A stretch of 64,000 bases of DNA from the IMG/VR virus record IMGVR_UViG_3300037840_000148, positions 32,001 through 96,000 of that record; one strand, written 5' to 3'. This document shows, piece by piece, positions 1 to 10,600 of this stretch (position 1 is the first letter of the stretch; each line of letters begins with the position of its first letter). This stretch comes from a virus. The translations under genes and the position numbers were made by a program. The notes beneath the pieces are model-generated. The model ran no database searches, was not told the DNA's origin, and was given only the letters and a program-made list of their open reading frames with translations.

Positions 1-2429
1 ACACATTCGTTGCTCATACGGTCAGAATGGATCAAGCCTTTCCGGGCGGGGGCGGTCCTTCATCTCCAGTAGTTTTTAGCGGCCTTACATCTATAGAGGA
101 TAATTGGGATCCGGGATTTGTGACTACAGCAACCAACAATTATGTTCAGTCGTGGACAATCGACAATGTGAACACCGGAGATGCGAATGCTGTCCAATCG
201 CTCATGTACGGTTATGCCGGTTACAGCAACACGATAGCTGGTAACCAGATATTTGTGCATGGGCAGACCTTTGGTTTCTCCAGCCTCATTAGCAGTTCAG
301 CGCAAACGGTAGCAGACACAAAATGCTTTTGGGTTGTCGATAGTGAAAACCAGCCAGGAGCAGGCTTTGAAAGCTTAGGATACTGGGGAAATATTTATAA
401 TGGAACGTATACAGGTTGCGATTATGGAATCACGTTATTGGGGCCGGATGTTCAGACTACCGAAGTATTGACCTCGGGAGGAAACTCCGCTGGCGGAACT
501 GCCGGAGAACAGATGATTGGCCACATCATCCGGCGTCCATCAGTAACGACCAGCGCAAGTTCAGGATCGCTCTCAGCGGCGACCTACTACATCAAAGTCA
601 CCTTCAAAGATGTGGCTGGACGTGAGGGCGGGGCAAGCCCGGAAGTATCGCAGGTAGTAGGCGCATCGGGTTCGGTGGTGGTTACGGCAACCGGAACCAT
701 TTATTTTCCGGCAAGCTGTAATGTTTATTACGGGACATCTGCGGGCGGAGAAGCTAATTATTTCAATTCGACTACCGTTACGAATGGAACCTGTACATAT
801 ACATTAACAACAACTTCCGGGGCGTCGTCAGGAACGCCTCCCCCAGTCGGAAATGCCATGAATACGTGGTTGACGGAAGAAAATAATGCCAACTCGTGTC
901 TATATTGCGGTTTTAGCGGCGGATTAGGGACGGGATTTATCGGGTTTAATCTCAATGCCGCACAATACGCCGCGGTTCCTTCTGGCGTTCAGTTTCCGTT
1001 CAATGGCGGCGTGCATACATATAAATTCTTTTCAGGTTCCGAAACAACCGCACCGACAGGGGCTTCCGGAATAGACCAATTGTGGGCGGATTCTACCGCA
1101 CACGGATGGAAGATTAATCCAAACAATTCCGGTGCTCAGTTACTTGCTGGTTTCGGATCGACTCCGACAAACGGCGATTGTGCAAATATTTCCGTTGTAG
1201 GCGGCGTTGTTAGCTTAGGTGATGCCGGGGCTGCTTGCGGAGCGAGCGGCGGCGGTCTGAATACCAATATGAACAACATGGCAAATCCGACTGCGATGAG
1301 CCAGAGCCTTATTCCTGGTGCTGCGAATAGTATAGCATTAGGTTCACAGGCGTTGCCTTTTACAAATGGGTTTTTCGGGACGGTTGCAAATCAAAGCGGA
1401 TCATTCAATACTGCTAATTTGACAGCCAATCGAGTTATCAACTGGCCGGACGCAACGTCCACGACAGTCCGAGCTTGTGCGTCTGTATCAAATCAGTTCT
1501 TAACTGCGATTGCGGTAGCAACCGGCATTTGCAGTCAAGCACAACCGACGTTAGCAAATATCGCCGCCGGAGCTTCGCCTAGTGGGTTGTTTGATTTCAG
1601 CGGTTCGACGATGAAAATCCCGCAAGCAGCCGGTTTATTTGCCGGATCGGCAAGTAACATCGGTTTAGATACCACGGCGCATTCCGTCCATCTGTACATC
1701 AATAATGCTGATAGTATTGCGTCTGCATTTGCGTCTGCTCCTACCGGCTCGTTGTGTGTCCAGACTAGCGGAACGACAGGATTACTTGTCGAGGCTTCCG
1801 GAGTTTGCGGGACGGTCACGCCGTCAAGTACGAATACCTTTACTAACAAGACGTTAAACGCAGAAAGCACTGGTAATTCTTTGAGCGAACCTATCCGGGC
1901 ATTTTTCCCGGCCGGTGGTTGTAATAATTCGACGGCCGGTAACGGTTGGGATATCGGCGTGACAAATACGCCGACGCCGCAATGCGCCGGTACGACGGTC
2001 AGAAAAGGAACGCTGGCATTTGCGCAAGGAAACGTCGGGTATATAAATTTCCATCTCCCGAGTGATTGGAATTCAAGTGCGTCGACGGATATCGAAATTT
2101 GTTTCACAACGACGGATACAACAAACGGACATGTCACGAGCTTTAATATCCAGACGGGCTTTAATGCCACAAACGGCACCGTGACAGACGATCCTACGTT
2201 GAATACGTTGCAGGCTTTGAGCGTCACAATCGGAGCAAGTCAAGTGTCTGGTGGCGAGTTATGCGGTAAATTGACTGGTATGACCATGACGGGTTCCGCT
2301 GCGGATTATAACTTTGAAATTGTCGTGACAAGAAATAACTCAGGAACGGATACAAATACAGACACCGCGGTCGCTGTTAAGTCGGCTGAATTGATTTATG
2401 GGGTTACTAAGAATGCCACGAATCGTTAA
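1..2429 (+). CDS. Tail fibre / virion appendage-like protein, 5' truncated by window edge
   Basis: Frame is open from base 3 to the Met at 27; Gly/Ser/Thr/Asn-rich, beta-rich 800+ aa at the head of a virion-type operon. Confidence 0.6.
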   Translation, partial: TFVAHTVRMDQAFPGGGGPSSPVVFSGLTSIEDNWDPGFVTTATNNYVQSWTIDNVNTGDANAVQSLMYGYAGYSNTIAGNQIFVHGQTFGFSSLISSSAQTVADTKCFWVVDSENQPGAGFESLGYWGNIYNGTYTGCDYGITLLGPDVQTTEVLTSGGNSAGGTAGEQMIGHIIRRPSVTTSASSGSLSAATYYIKVTFKDVAGREGGASPEVSQVVGASGSVVVTATGTIYFPASCNVYYGTSAGGEANYFNSTTVTNGTCTYTLTTTSGASSGTPPPVGNAMNTWLTEENNANSCLYCGFSGGLGTGFIGFNLNAAQYAAVPSGVQFPFNGGVHTYKFFSGSETTAPTGASGIDQLWADSTAHGWKINPNNSGAQLLAGFGSTPTNGDCANISVVGGVVSLGDAGAACGASGGGLNTNMNNMANPTAMSQSLIPGAANSIALGSQALPFTNGFFGTVANQSGSFNTANLTANRVINWPDATSTTVRACASVSNQFLTAIAVATGICSQAQPTLANIAAGASPSGLFDFSGSTMKIPQAAGLFAGSASNIGLDTTAHSVHLYINNADSIASAFASAPTGSLCVQTSGTTGLLVEASGVCGTVTPSSTNTFTNKTLNAESTGNSLSEPIRAFFPAGGCNNSTAGNGWDIGVTNTPTPQCAGTTVRKGTLAFAQGNVGYINFHLPSDWNSSASTDIEICFTTTDTTNGHVTSFNIQTGFNATNGTVTDDPTLNTLQALSVTIGASQVSGGELCGKLTGMTMTGSAADYNFEIVVTRNNSGTDTNTDTAVAVKSAELIYGVTKNATNR

Positions 2430-4422
2430 GATTTTATTTGTTTTATCTTGTTTGTTATGTTTATTGGTTCCTATAAAAGGCCGTGCGCAAGCGTGGTCTG
2501 GACTTTTAAACCCGACTTTTGGTTCCGGGGCGTGTAATCCGGCGTCAGTATCATCCCCACAAAAGTGTGCTATTGATTGGTCGACTGCCGGAGTAATTGG
2601 GGGCATTCCCTCTGGTTCGTGGACACAATCCGGCTCAACTATAACAGCAACAAGTGGCGACAGAACCGCGACAATCCAAGCGGCATTAAATTCTTGTGGG
2701 ACTAATCATTATATTTTACTCGGGCCTGGCGTTTTTAGTGTTACTCATTTGACGGTTCCATCTAATTGTGAGTTGCGTGGTGCGGGTACGTTGACATCTT
2801 CAGGAACTATCGTCAGTGGTACGGCTACTAGTGGTTCGTTGATATCTATAGGAAGCGGCGGTGGCCCAAATTATACATCACCGGCATCAACAACAATTAC
2901 TTCTGGTGCAACTGCAGGCTCGACAAGTATTGGAGTATCTAGTGCTTCAGGAATTTCGACGGGAACGTTACTCGCAATTTCTGAAATTAATGATCCTGTT
3001 TATGTAACTATCCACGTAATTCAAGGTAATTGCACATTTTGTGACGGCACTGGTGATGGGGGAGTTAGGGCAAGAGGACAGGTTGTTCGGGTTACGAATG
3101 TTTCCGGTACAACGCTAACGATTTCTCCCGGACTTTATACTAATTACGGCAGCGCTACTGGAACTGGTCCGGCGTTGGCTTATTATTATCAACCGGGCGG
3201 TCAGAATGCAGGGGTTTATCTTTTGCAAACATATGCTAATGGGACGGGTTATGCCCAGACGTTTAATTTAAGCGCATGCTATGATTGTTGGATTAAAGGG
3301 GTATTTGATAATTACTCGGATGGCGATCACGTAGATATCTATTGGAGTTTACATTATGAAATTCGAGACAGCTATTTTTCTAATGCTTATTTGCACACTT
3401 CTGGCTCCGCCGATTCGGATATAGATTGTATCAATAAATCATCCGATGGTTTAATTGAAAACAATATTTTAGAACGACTACATGTCGGGATTATGTGGGA
3501 ATGGGGTTGTTCCGGCAATGTATTTGGTTATAATTATAGTTATGGCAATTTCGATCAAGGCAACAATACTGGAAATCCGCCCCCAGTAATCTTGGCTTCC
3601 TTCGGGATGCACGGCGCTCATACACAATTTAATTTATTGGAAGGTAATGTCGGCAACACAATGATTGAAGATAGTTTTTGGGGCACCGGATCAAACGACA
3701 CGACGTTCCGTAATCAGTTTCGCGGGACAGACACGCTGGCTCAACCGCTTATCGCCGGTCGTCAGACAGTCAATTGGTCTAGTACTCAATTTGCTACACA
3801 GCAAATGAACGCCCAAGTTATATCATATCCACACACAAACAACAACTCTATTGGAAACATTTTTGGATCTGCGGATGCCGTAACTGCCGCTACTTCCGGG
3901 TTGTATAATGGTGGGTTGTCGCCGTTTACATCCACCGTGATTCCTTCATCAACCCGAAATTATCAATATTGGTTTTATGCCACGAGTATTGGATATGATA
4001 CCGGCTCAGATACCAACGGTAGTGGAGTAACTACTTTTGCAAGTGGGCCGTCTAACACAGCAGGATATTGGGTTGGGTTGGCATCCGGGACATTTTTCCA
4101 ACACGGTAATTTCGATATAGCCAGTAATTCAATTATTTGGAACGGTGCTGTAACACACACATTACCCACCTCATTTTATCGATCAACCCGACCGTCGTGG
4201 TTTGGTAGCGTTCCGTGGCCCGCAATGGGTCCGGACGTTACTGGTGGTAGCGTAGATACGTCGACATTAGCTGGCCACGTTAATGCTATCCCGGCAGAAG
4301 CTTGCTACAACTCTGAATCTAGAGATGCGACCGGCATTAAACTTTTTGATCCGACAGTTTGTTATTATGGATCTACACCACCAAATCCGCCGTCCGGCCT
4401 TCACGTAATTATAGAAAATTAA
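2413..4422 (+). CDS. Secreted right-handed beta-helix (pectate-lyase/tailspike-like) protein
   Basis: Signal peptide MPRIVKILFVLSCLLCLLVPIKGRAQA; DRTATIQAALNSC..ILLGPGVF start of beta-helix; repeated ENNI/GNVF/NLLEGN rungs. Confidence 0.7.
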   Translation: MPRIVKILFVLSCLLCLLVPIKGRAQAWSGLLNPTFGSGACNPASVSSPQKCAIDWSTAGVIGGIPSGSWTQSGSTITATSGDRTATIQAALNSCGTNHYILLGPGVFSVTHLTVPSNCELRGAGTLTSSGTIVSGTATSGSLISIGSGGGPNYTSPASTTITSGATAGSTSIGVSSASGISTGTLLAISEINDPVYVTIHVIQGNCTFCDGTGDGGVRARGQVVRVTNVSGTTLTISPGLYTNYGSATGTGPALAYYYQPGGQNAGVYLLQTYANGTGYAQTFNLSACYDCWIKGVFDNYSDGDHVDIYWSLHYEIRDSYFSNAYLHTSGSADSDIDCINKSSDGLIENNILERLHVGIMWEWGCSGNVFGYNYSYGNFDQGNNTGNPPPVILASFGMHGAHTQFNLLEGNVGNTMIEDSFWGTGSNDTTFRNQFRGTDTLAQPLIAGRQTVNWSSTQFATQQMNAQVISYPHTNNNSIGNIFGSADAVTAATSGLYNGGLSPFTSTVIPSSTRNYQYWFYATSIGYDTGSDTNGSGVTTFASGPSNTAGYWVGLASGTFFQHGNFDIASNSIIWNGAVTHTLPTSFYRSTRPSWFGSVPWPAMGPDVTGGSVDTSTLAGHVNAIPAEACYNSESRDATGIKLFDPTVCYYGSTPPNPPSGLHVIIEN

Positions 4423-4440
4423 AAGTATTCAGGAGTATTG

Positions 4441-5244
4441 ATGTCATTTCTCTCCACCGTTTTTGGAGGTCCGTCGCAATCTGAAATCAATGCTGCGAAT
4501 CAAGAGTCTAATCTTGCTCAGACGTACAGCAATGCATTTAGTCAGACTTTCGGCGAGCAGCAAGGGATTCTGAATCAAATCAATCAGCAATTGACTCCGA
4601 TTGCGAATCTCGGCCCGAATCAGCAAGGCTTTAGTCCACAAGAATTAGCCGCGATGAATACCGGCGCTATTGATGCCGCGGGTGCTGCGGCAAGAAATGC
4701 GAAACAGGCTGCGGCTACGACGTTGGCAGGAGAGGGCGGCGGTGGTTCATCCGGACTTGTGAGCGGCGTCCAGCAGCAAATTGAAGGCTCGATTGACAGC
4801 CAGGCCGCGAATGAATTAGCAGCGACACAAAATGCAATTACGCAGAAGAACTATGATGTCGGCCGGAGTAATTTTTGGAATTCGTCTAGCGGCGAGCAAA
4901 GTCTAGCTAGTAAATATAATCCGGAAGCATTTGGTAATCTAGCTTCATCTACAGAACAGTCGGCATTTAGTGATCAGAGCAAAGTTTCCGCAGAAAACGG
5001 TAGTTTGTTTGGGGATATCGGAAAGGTTGTCGGAATGGTCGCTCCTTTGATTACTGGTGGTTTGGGTAATCTTGATAGTACAGGATCTTCCAGCACCGGT
5101 GAGCAATTTGGTAATTTCTTTTCAGGCGCTCTTGGTTTAAGTCAACCTGGATCTAGTGGTTCTGGTGGTTCTTCCGGGGGCGGCGGTTTGTCTTCAGATA
5201 CAGGCAATGGCTTGCCCGGTAGCGGTAATAGTAGCGAGTGGTAA
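4441..5244 (+). CDS. Putative internal virion (ejection) protein, small
   Basis: SD AGGAG; Ala/Gln/Gly/Ser-rich helical protein, first of three genes of increasing size as in podovirus ejectosomes. Confidence 0.55.
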   Translation: MSFLSTVFGGPSQSEINAANQESNLAQTYSNAFSQTFGEQQGILNQINQQLTPIANLGPNQQGFSPQELAAMNTGAIDAAGAAARNAKQAAATTLAGEGGGGSSGLVSGVQQQIEGSIDSQAANELAATQNAITQKNYDVGRSNFWNSSSGEQSLASKYNPEAFGNLASSTEQSAFSDQSKVSAENGSLFGDIGKVVGMVAPLITGGLGNLDSTGSSSTGEQFGNFFSGALGLSQPGSSGSGGSSGGGGLSSDTGNGLPGSGNSSEW

Positions 5245-5263
5245 AGAGGACTGATAGATAAAA

Positions 5264-7690
5264 ATGATACAACTTACTCCTGAATTACAGGCCGCCGTAG
5301 CTCCTATCCAACAACTTGCTGCGCAGAATCAACCAACTCCTCCGTCAGCGCCAGCCCCGGCCGGTCAAGATGCGTTAAGTACCGGGATACCTACAGCCAC
5401 GACAGGTTTAGCCGGGCCTTTGCAGAACGCTTTAAGTAACCCAGCGAACGGCGTTCCGCTGTCTTTTAACGACAAACTACACGCTAATGTCAACGATGCG
5501 GCCGATAATACGCCGCCTGCAGCACAAGGAAAGCCTGGTAGTTGGGCGCGTCAGCTTGTTTCTGGCGCGGTATCAAGTCTTTCAACTGGATTAGGCGACG
5601 TAGCTGCCGCAGCACCGGCCAAAGGTATATTGGGCGGAATCGGTGCAGTCCAGAACGCTCGTGCGGACAGAATTCAGAAAGAACGAAAGGCCCAGACGGA
5701 AGAAGATCAAGCGCGGGCTACGATTGCTTTAACTAATGTCCAGAAGATGTATCACCAGACGCAACTTCACCAACTAAGTGATGAAATTAATCATGCCGAC
5801 GTCGCGGAAGGACAAAAAGAATTCCAACATCTTACAAAAGATGTCAGTGATTTAGGTTTTCCGCCCGCCACGATAGTTGCGCAAGATATCAGTGAAGCTC
5901 AGTATCAAGCCGGACTGAAAGACGGAACCATCAACCCTAGTACGATGACGATCATTCCGACTAATACATATACTCCGATTGGAAAGGATGGGAAACCGGC
6001 AGTAGATCCTGATACCGGTTTACCTAATCATGCCAAGATGTATTCTGTCGTTATTGTCCCGAAACAACTCCCGTTATCCGAAGATCAAATTGATACCATA
6101 AATAAATACGGCAATGGCCCGAAATTTACTTACGACAAGGATCATCCTATCGTACTACCTGGTGCAACAGCTTTGAATCTCGTCCAGTCAGCCAGAGACG
6201 CACAAACCGTCCAAGCTAAGGCTGAATCTGACCGTAAAGCCGCCCAAATTGCCGACTTAACTCAAGATCAAAAATTAGCACAAGCACAAGCATTGAAGAA
6301 TCTCGGCCCGCAGTTCCCTGGAATTTCAGCACAATCAGAAAGTCTCGATAAAACCATGAAGTTCATTACCGGTCAGCATATGATCCAGCAACCGGAGATG
6401 GGCGCTGACGGCAAGCCGACAGGAAAAGTCAACACGGTAGTCGACCCCCGTAGCGCGGCGTTCGCTCAAGCACACCCGACGGCTGCGGAAGATTTCATGA
6501 ATCTTAACGGCGGTTATGTCGATTATGTCAAGTCTCGTGACACTGAGACAGAAAAGCTAAAAGATCAAGCAAACGCTCCGCTGGATAAGATAGAAAAAGA
6601 TCTCCCGGAAATGGAGCCAACCAAGCTGCCGTCTACGATTTCGTTTCTTCAACAAAAATTGAAAGATCCTAATGCGGATAAGCCGCAGGTAACGAATTTA
6701 CTAGTCCAAGCGCAACAAGCGTTGGTAGGGTCACAACGCGCCAAGCTTAAGGAAGAGGAAGACAAAAATAGTCTAGATAATCCTCCGACTTCTAATGCGC
6801 CGTTGACGCCGGAACTTCAATCTCAAATTAATAGTCTCCCGGCCCCGCAAAAAGCCGTCTTATCTGCATATGATCCGAACACCCAGAGCGCTTTGATGTC
6901 AATCGCGTTCGGTAACGGCGAACAGGACTTAGAAAAGAACTTCCCGAGTCGTTTGACTAAAGGTGCTCCAGGTCTTAATACCCAACAAGCGTTAGGGGTT
7001 CTTCACCAATTGAATCCCCAGTGGAGTGAACAAAGTTACGGCGTGAAGCATGACGCTTATAAGAGCGCTACGAGCGGGAAGCTTGCCGACCAACGAGACA
7101 GCCTGAATAACTTCATCGGGCACGCCGCGGAAGCCAAGAGAATTTCAGATACCTTCTGGAATTCAGATCCGCGTCTTTTCAAGAGTACGATTAATAAATT
7201 ATCGACTCTTGGATATGGGACAAGCGCTAACGCCCTACGAGAAGCTTTGGAAATAGTCAACTCGGAAGCTCTGACGATGATCAAGAGCGGCTATGCCGCG
7301 ACTGCGGATGAAATCAAAGCCCAGAATGAAATAAACAGTGCCGACGCTACTGTTGGTCAGATTGATGCCGATTTGAAGGTCTTGGCACGTATGGGTACCG
7401 TCCGAGCCAACACGATGAACGGTCATTATAAAACAGCAACCGGTGATAATTTCCCGAACTTGATTGATACCGAGAATCAAAACGACGCTAGGTATCTCGG
7501 CATCCCGGTTGAGAAGTTTTATACTGGCGGAAGAATCGGTGGTTCAGGCAACGCGCCACAACAACAGGTAACGCAGACCGGTGCGCCGGGACAATCGGCC
7601 GGAGCCGCGGCAGCGACGCCTAACGCCGCACCAGTCGAAGGGACACAACCGAGCGACTTCTTCGGTCAGTTCGGCGGGAAACCGAGATAA
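5264..7690 (+). CDS. Putative internal virion (ejection) protein, medium
   Basis: 808 aa, Ala/Gln/Pro-rich and helical; stop overlaps next start (TAATG). Confidence 0.55.
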   Translation: MIQLTPELQAAVAPIQQLAAQNQPTPPSAPAPAGQDALSTGIPTATTGLAGPLQNALSNPANGVPLSFNDKLHANVNDAADNTPPAAQGKPGSWARQLVSGAVSSLSTGLGDVAAAAPAKGILGGIGAVQNARADRIQKERKAQTEEDQARATIALTNVQKMYHQTQLHQLSDEINHADVAEGQKEFQHLTKDVSDLGFPPATIVAQDISEAQYQAGLKDGTINPSTMTIIPTNTYTPIGKDGKPAVDPDTGLPNHAKMYSVVIVPKQLPLSEDQIDTINKYGNGPKFTYDKDHPIVLPGATALNLVQSARDAQTVQAKAESDRKAAQIADLTQDQKLAQAQALKNLGPQFPGISAQSESLDKTMKFITGQHMIQQPEMGADGKPTGKVNTVVDPRSAAFAQAHPTAAEDFMNLNGGYVDYVKSRDTETEKLKDQANAPLDKIEKDLPEMEPTKLPSTISFLQQKLKDPNADKPQVTNLLVQAQQALVGSQRAKLKEEEDKNSLDNPPTSNAPLTPELQSQINSLPAPQKAVLSAYDPNTQSALMSIAFGNGEQDLEKNFPSRLTKGAPGLNTQQALGVLHQLNPQWSEQSYGVKHDAYKSATSGKLADQRDSLNNFIGHAAEAKRISDTFWNSDPRLFKSTINKLSTLGYGTSANALREALEIVNSEALTMIKSGYAATADEIKAQNEINSADATVGQIDADLKVLARMGTVRANTMNGHYKTATGDNFPNLIDTENQNDARYLGIPVEKFYTGGRIGGSGNAPQQQVTQTGAPGQSAGAAAATPNAAPVEGTQPSDFFGQFGGKPR

Positions 7691-10600
7691 TGGCTACAGG
7701 AAACGACGTAAATCAGACAATCCCGATAGATTTGAATCCGTCCGGCGTCAATGATGTCTCGACACCGGGGATGATCTCAATCGATCAAAACCCAGTTGCG
7801 CCCGAACCTCAGTTAGCCGCTCCTCAAAATATCCCGAACCAGCAGACACCGAGAAACATCCCCAAGACGGCAGACAAGCCGCCTATTATTTCTCCGACTC
7901 AGACAGTCCCGATGTTTTCACCTAACGGCGATCTCGGTGATATCCCGACCGAACGTGTCCATGACGCCATTAAAGCTGGCGGAATAATTGGTACTCCGGT
8001 TGTTGCGCCTGACGGTAGTCACGGCGTTGTTCCGGCTAGCCGGTTGCATGAAGCGTTGAAAGCCGGGGGAAAAATTGATCCGGACGGTTGGGCTCCGATG
8101 CACCACACACCCGGTATACTTGAAAAAGTAACCGGTTTGCCGATCACGGCAACGGGACCGGGCACGATTGGCGCAGACGTTACTAACAGATGGAACGCAG
8201 CAACACCTAAAAACCCCGACTTAAACGCCCCGTATCAATCTACCGGACAACTTCCTGCGCCGAGCGTAATTACCCCGCCGGAAGCGCATGAAGAATTATC
8301 AAAGGGCGTTGTTGCGAATGCCATGACACCGTATGAACGTCAACAACACCCGTTCTTAGCGGCCGGATTAGATTTTGCGGGCGGGATGACATCGCCGGAA
8401 AACTTCGCAATCATGGTTGGGTCAGGCGGATTAGGTAAACTGCCCGGTCCTGCGGGTCAGATTATCGCGAAAGCCTTGTCGTCCGGCTTTGGTTTAATGT
8501 CCGTTTATGCCGCGGTGAAGGAATCGCCGCAGTTTATGGACGCTTTAGCTAAAGGCGATGAGCCGGGCGCTAAAGAAGCCTTGATGAAGATAGTTTTGAA
8601 TATCGCGGCCGGTGAAATGGCTGCCGAGCACGTAATACCAGGCTTCAAGCCGACATTAGGCGCTGTCGGCGAATCAGCAGAGGCCGGAACGCAAGCTTTA
8701 GGCGCTGCAGCGACAGAATACGGCGGTAAGGCCGTCGATGCAGTCAAGAAAGCCGGAGAAGTGGCCGGTGCAGTAGGCGGCGTAGTCAAGGGTGCTGGTC
8801 AAAAGGCCGCGGAAACAGTCACGCAACCGGTCAAGATGATGAACGAAGGGTCGGAAGAAAGGCTTATTCGGTCTATGTCCGGCAGCGCGGGTGTTAATGA
8901 ACGTGACTTAAAAGAAAACGCAACTAGAATGTTGCCTTATCTTGTTGAACAGAATAAAACAAGTAAAGTTTCGACTCCGGAAGATCTTGCCGAGGCTATG
9001 CATGACCAAAAGACAAAACTTTGGAATGATAAACTCGGCGGTAAACATCCTGGAGAAACAATCGACGGGGATAAAATCGCTCAGGATATTAAAGACGGTA
9101 TCAATACCTCGACCCGTCGTCATTTTCCGGAAGTCACGGAAGCATTAGAAAAGTGGGCGGATACTTTTAAAGGTCCGTATCAGCTTGACGAAGCGATGCA
9201 AGCCATTACTGACTTTAATAGCAAGCTGCGAAACTTCTACAAGCAATCACCGAGCGAACAATACAGAATGGCCGCGGCAGATCCCAAATTAGGGATATTA
9301 CAGGACGCTGCAGATTCTTTGCGAGATCACGCCTTTGATAAGCTTTCCGAATTAGGTGAAAAGAACATCCCGGAACTGCGAAAGGATTATGGCGCACTGA
9401 ATCAATGGCAGCGTGTCGCTGAAAAACGTGCCGTGGTTTATGGCCGTCAAGCACCGGTTGACTTCAAACAGAGTATGGGCGCTGTCGCTGCGGTAGCAAG
9501 CGGTCATCCATTAGCTGCGGCGATTCCGTTTGTTACAAAGTACCTCAACTCTCCTGAGCACTTGATTGAATCCGCCATCAAGAAGGCCAGTAAGACGACA
9601 ACTGCGACACCGCCTGAAACTCCAACCGAGCAACCAAACCCTACAAAGGCTACCGCGGGGCCGGGCCTCGGTAGCAAGATTGACCTACCGGCCTATAATC
9701 TCCCGACCGAACCTGCCCAAAATGTCCCGGCTGACAGACGCGCTGAAGGTACTTTACCTGCGGATGTCCACAAACATGAGTGGGGACACATTACAAATGC
9801 AGCAATCGAAGACTTCGGGACGGAAGGCATCAAGAGTGATTCGCATCCAGACTTAGCCGGTCAGAAAAAGACTGCCGCCGCGACAATTATTTTTCACGGT
9901 GTCGACTTTGATGACCCAGAGTCCGTTGCAAGGAATTCCGGCCGTATCCTGTCGACAATTCTAGGCGGCGCTGCTGCGGACGAACTGCACAGCCAAATAC
10001 CGTTCGAAATCAATAGAATGGCTGGCGGCGATGTTAAATTATTGAAAGACATATTCAAAAAAGTAGGCTTCTCGGATGACGAAATAGATGGCGCTATTAG
10101 ATACGGTTTAGATAGAGCAAAAAGAAACTTGACAAAACCCGGAATCGGTGATATATTACAGGCTAATGCTAAAGTCCGAGAGGCTGACTTGCACCCTGAT
10201 TATCACGCTAGCCCGGAAAGAACCGAAGCTTACGCTAATGAAGTAAGGAGAATCCGCGATGAAAACAACAGAGCAGGAAAAACAGCCGTTCAAGGGAACG
10301 ACGAAGCAAATGCTGGAGAACCTGGAAATAAATCTCCAAAAGTGGACGCCGGAACAGAAGGCGAAATTTCGGGAGAAGGTACTAAGCGAAGTCTCCCAGC
10401 CACAGCAGTCGTAACCCCTGACGAAGAAGAAAGTAAAGAACCGGTCACGGCTCGTGACGCGTTCGAAAATATCAAGAAAAAGTATGGTGAATCATCGAAT
10501 GCCGCAAAGACTGGCGAGGGTGCGTCATTCATTACACCGGAAGGTAAGTTTGTCCACCTCGGCACGGATGACCATCCGCAGGTAATCAAGAAAGCCGGTT

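Noticed and set aside
1535-2227. Long antisense ORFs (here and opposite many minus-strand genes)
   Set aside because: Mirror frames of real genes with no SD or motifs
8942-9856. Other alternative-frame ORFs inside the large gene (8942-9148, 9566-9856)
   Set aside because: Non-ATG starts, no SD, Arg/Leu-rich shadow composition, unlike the two accepted nested genes
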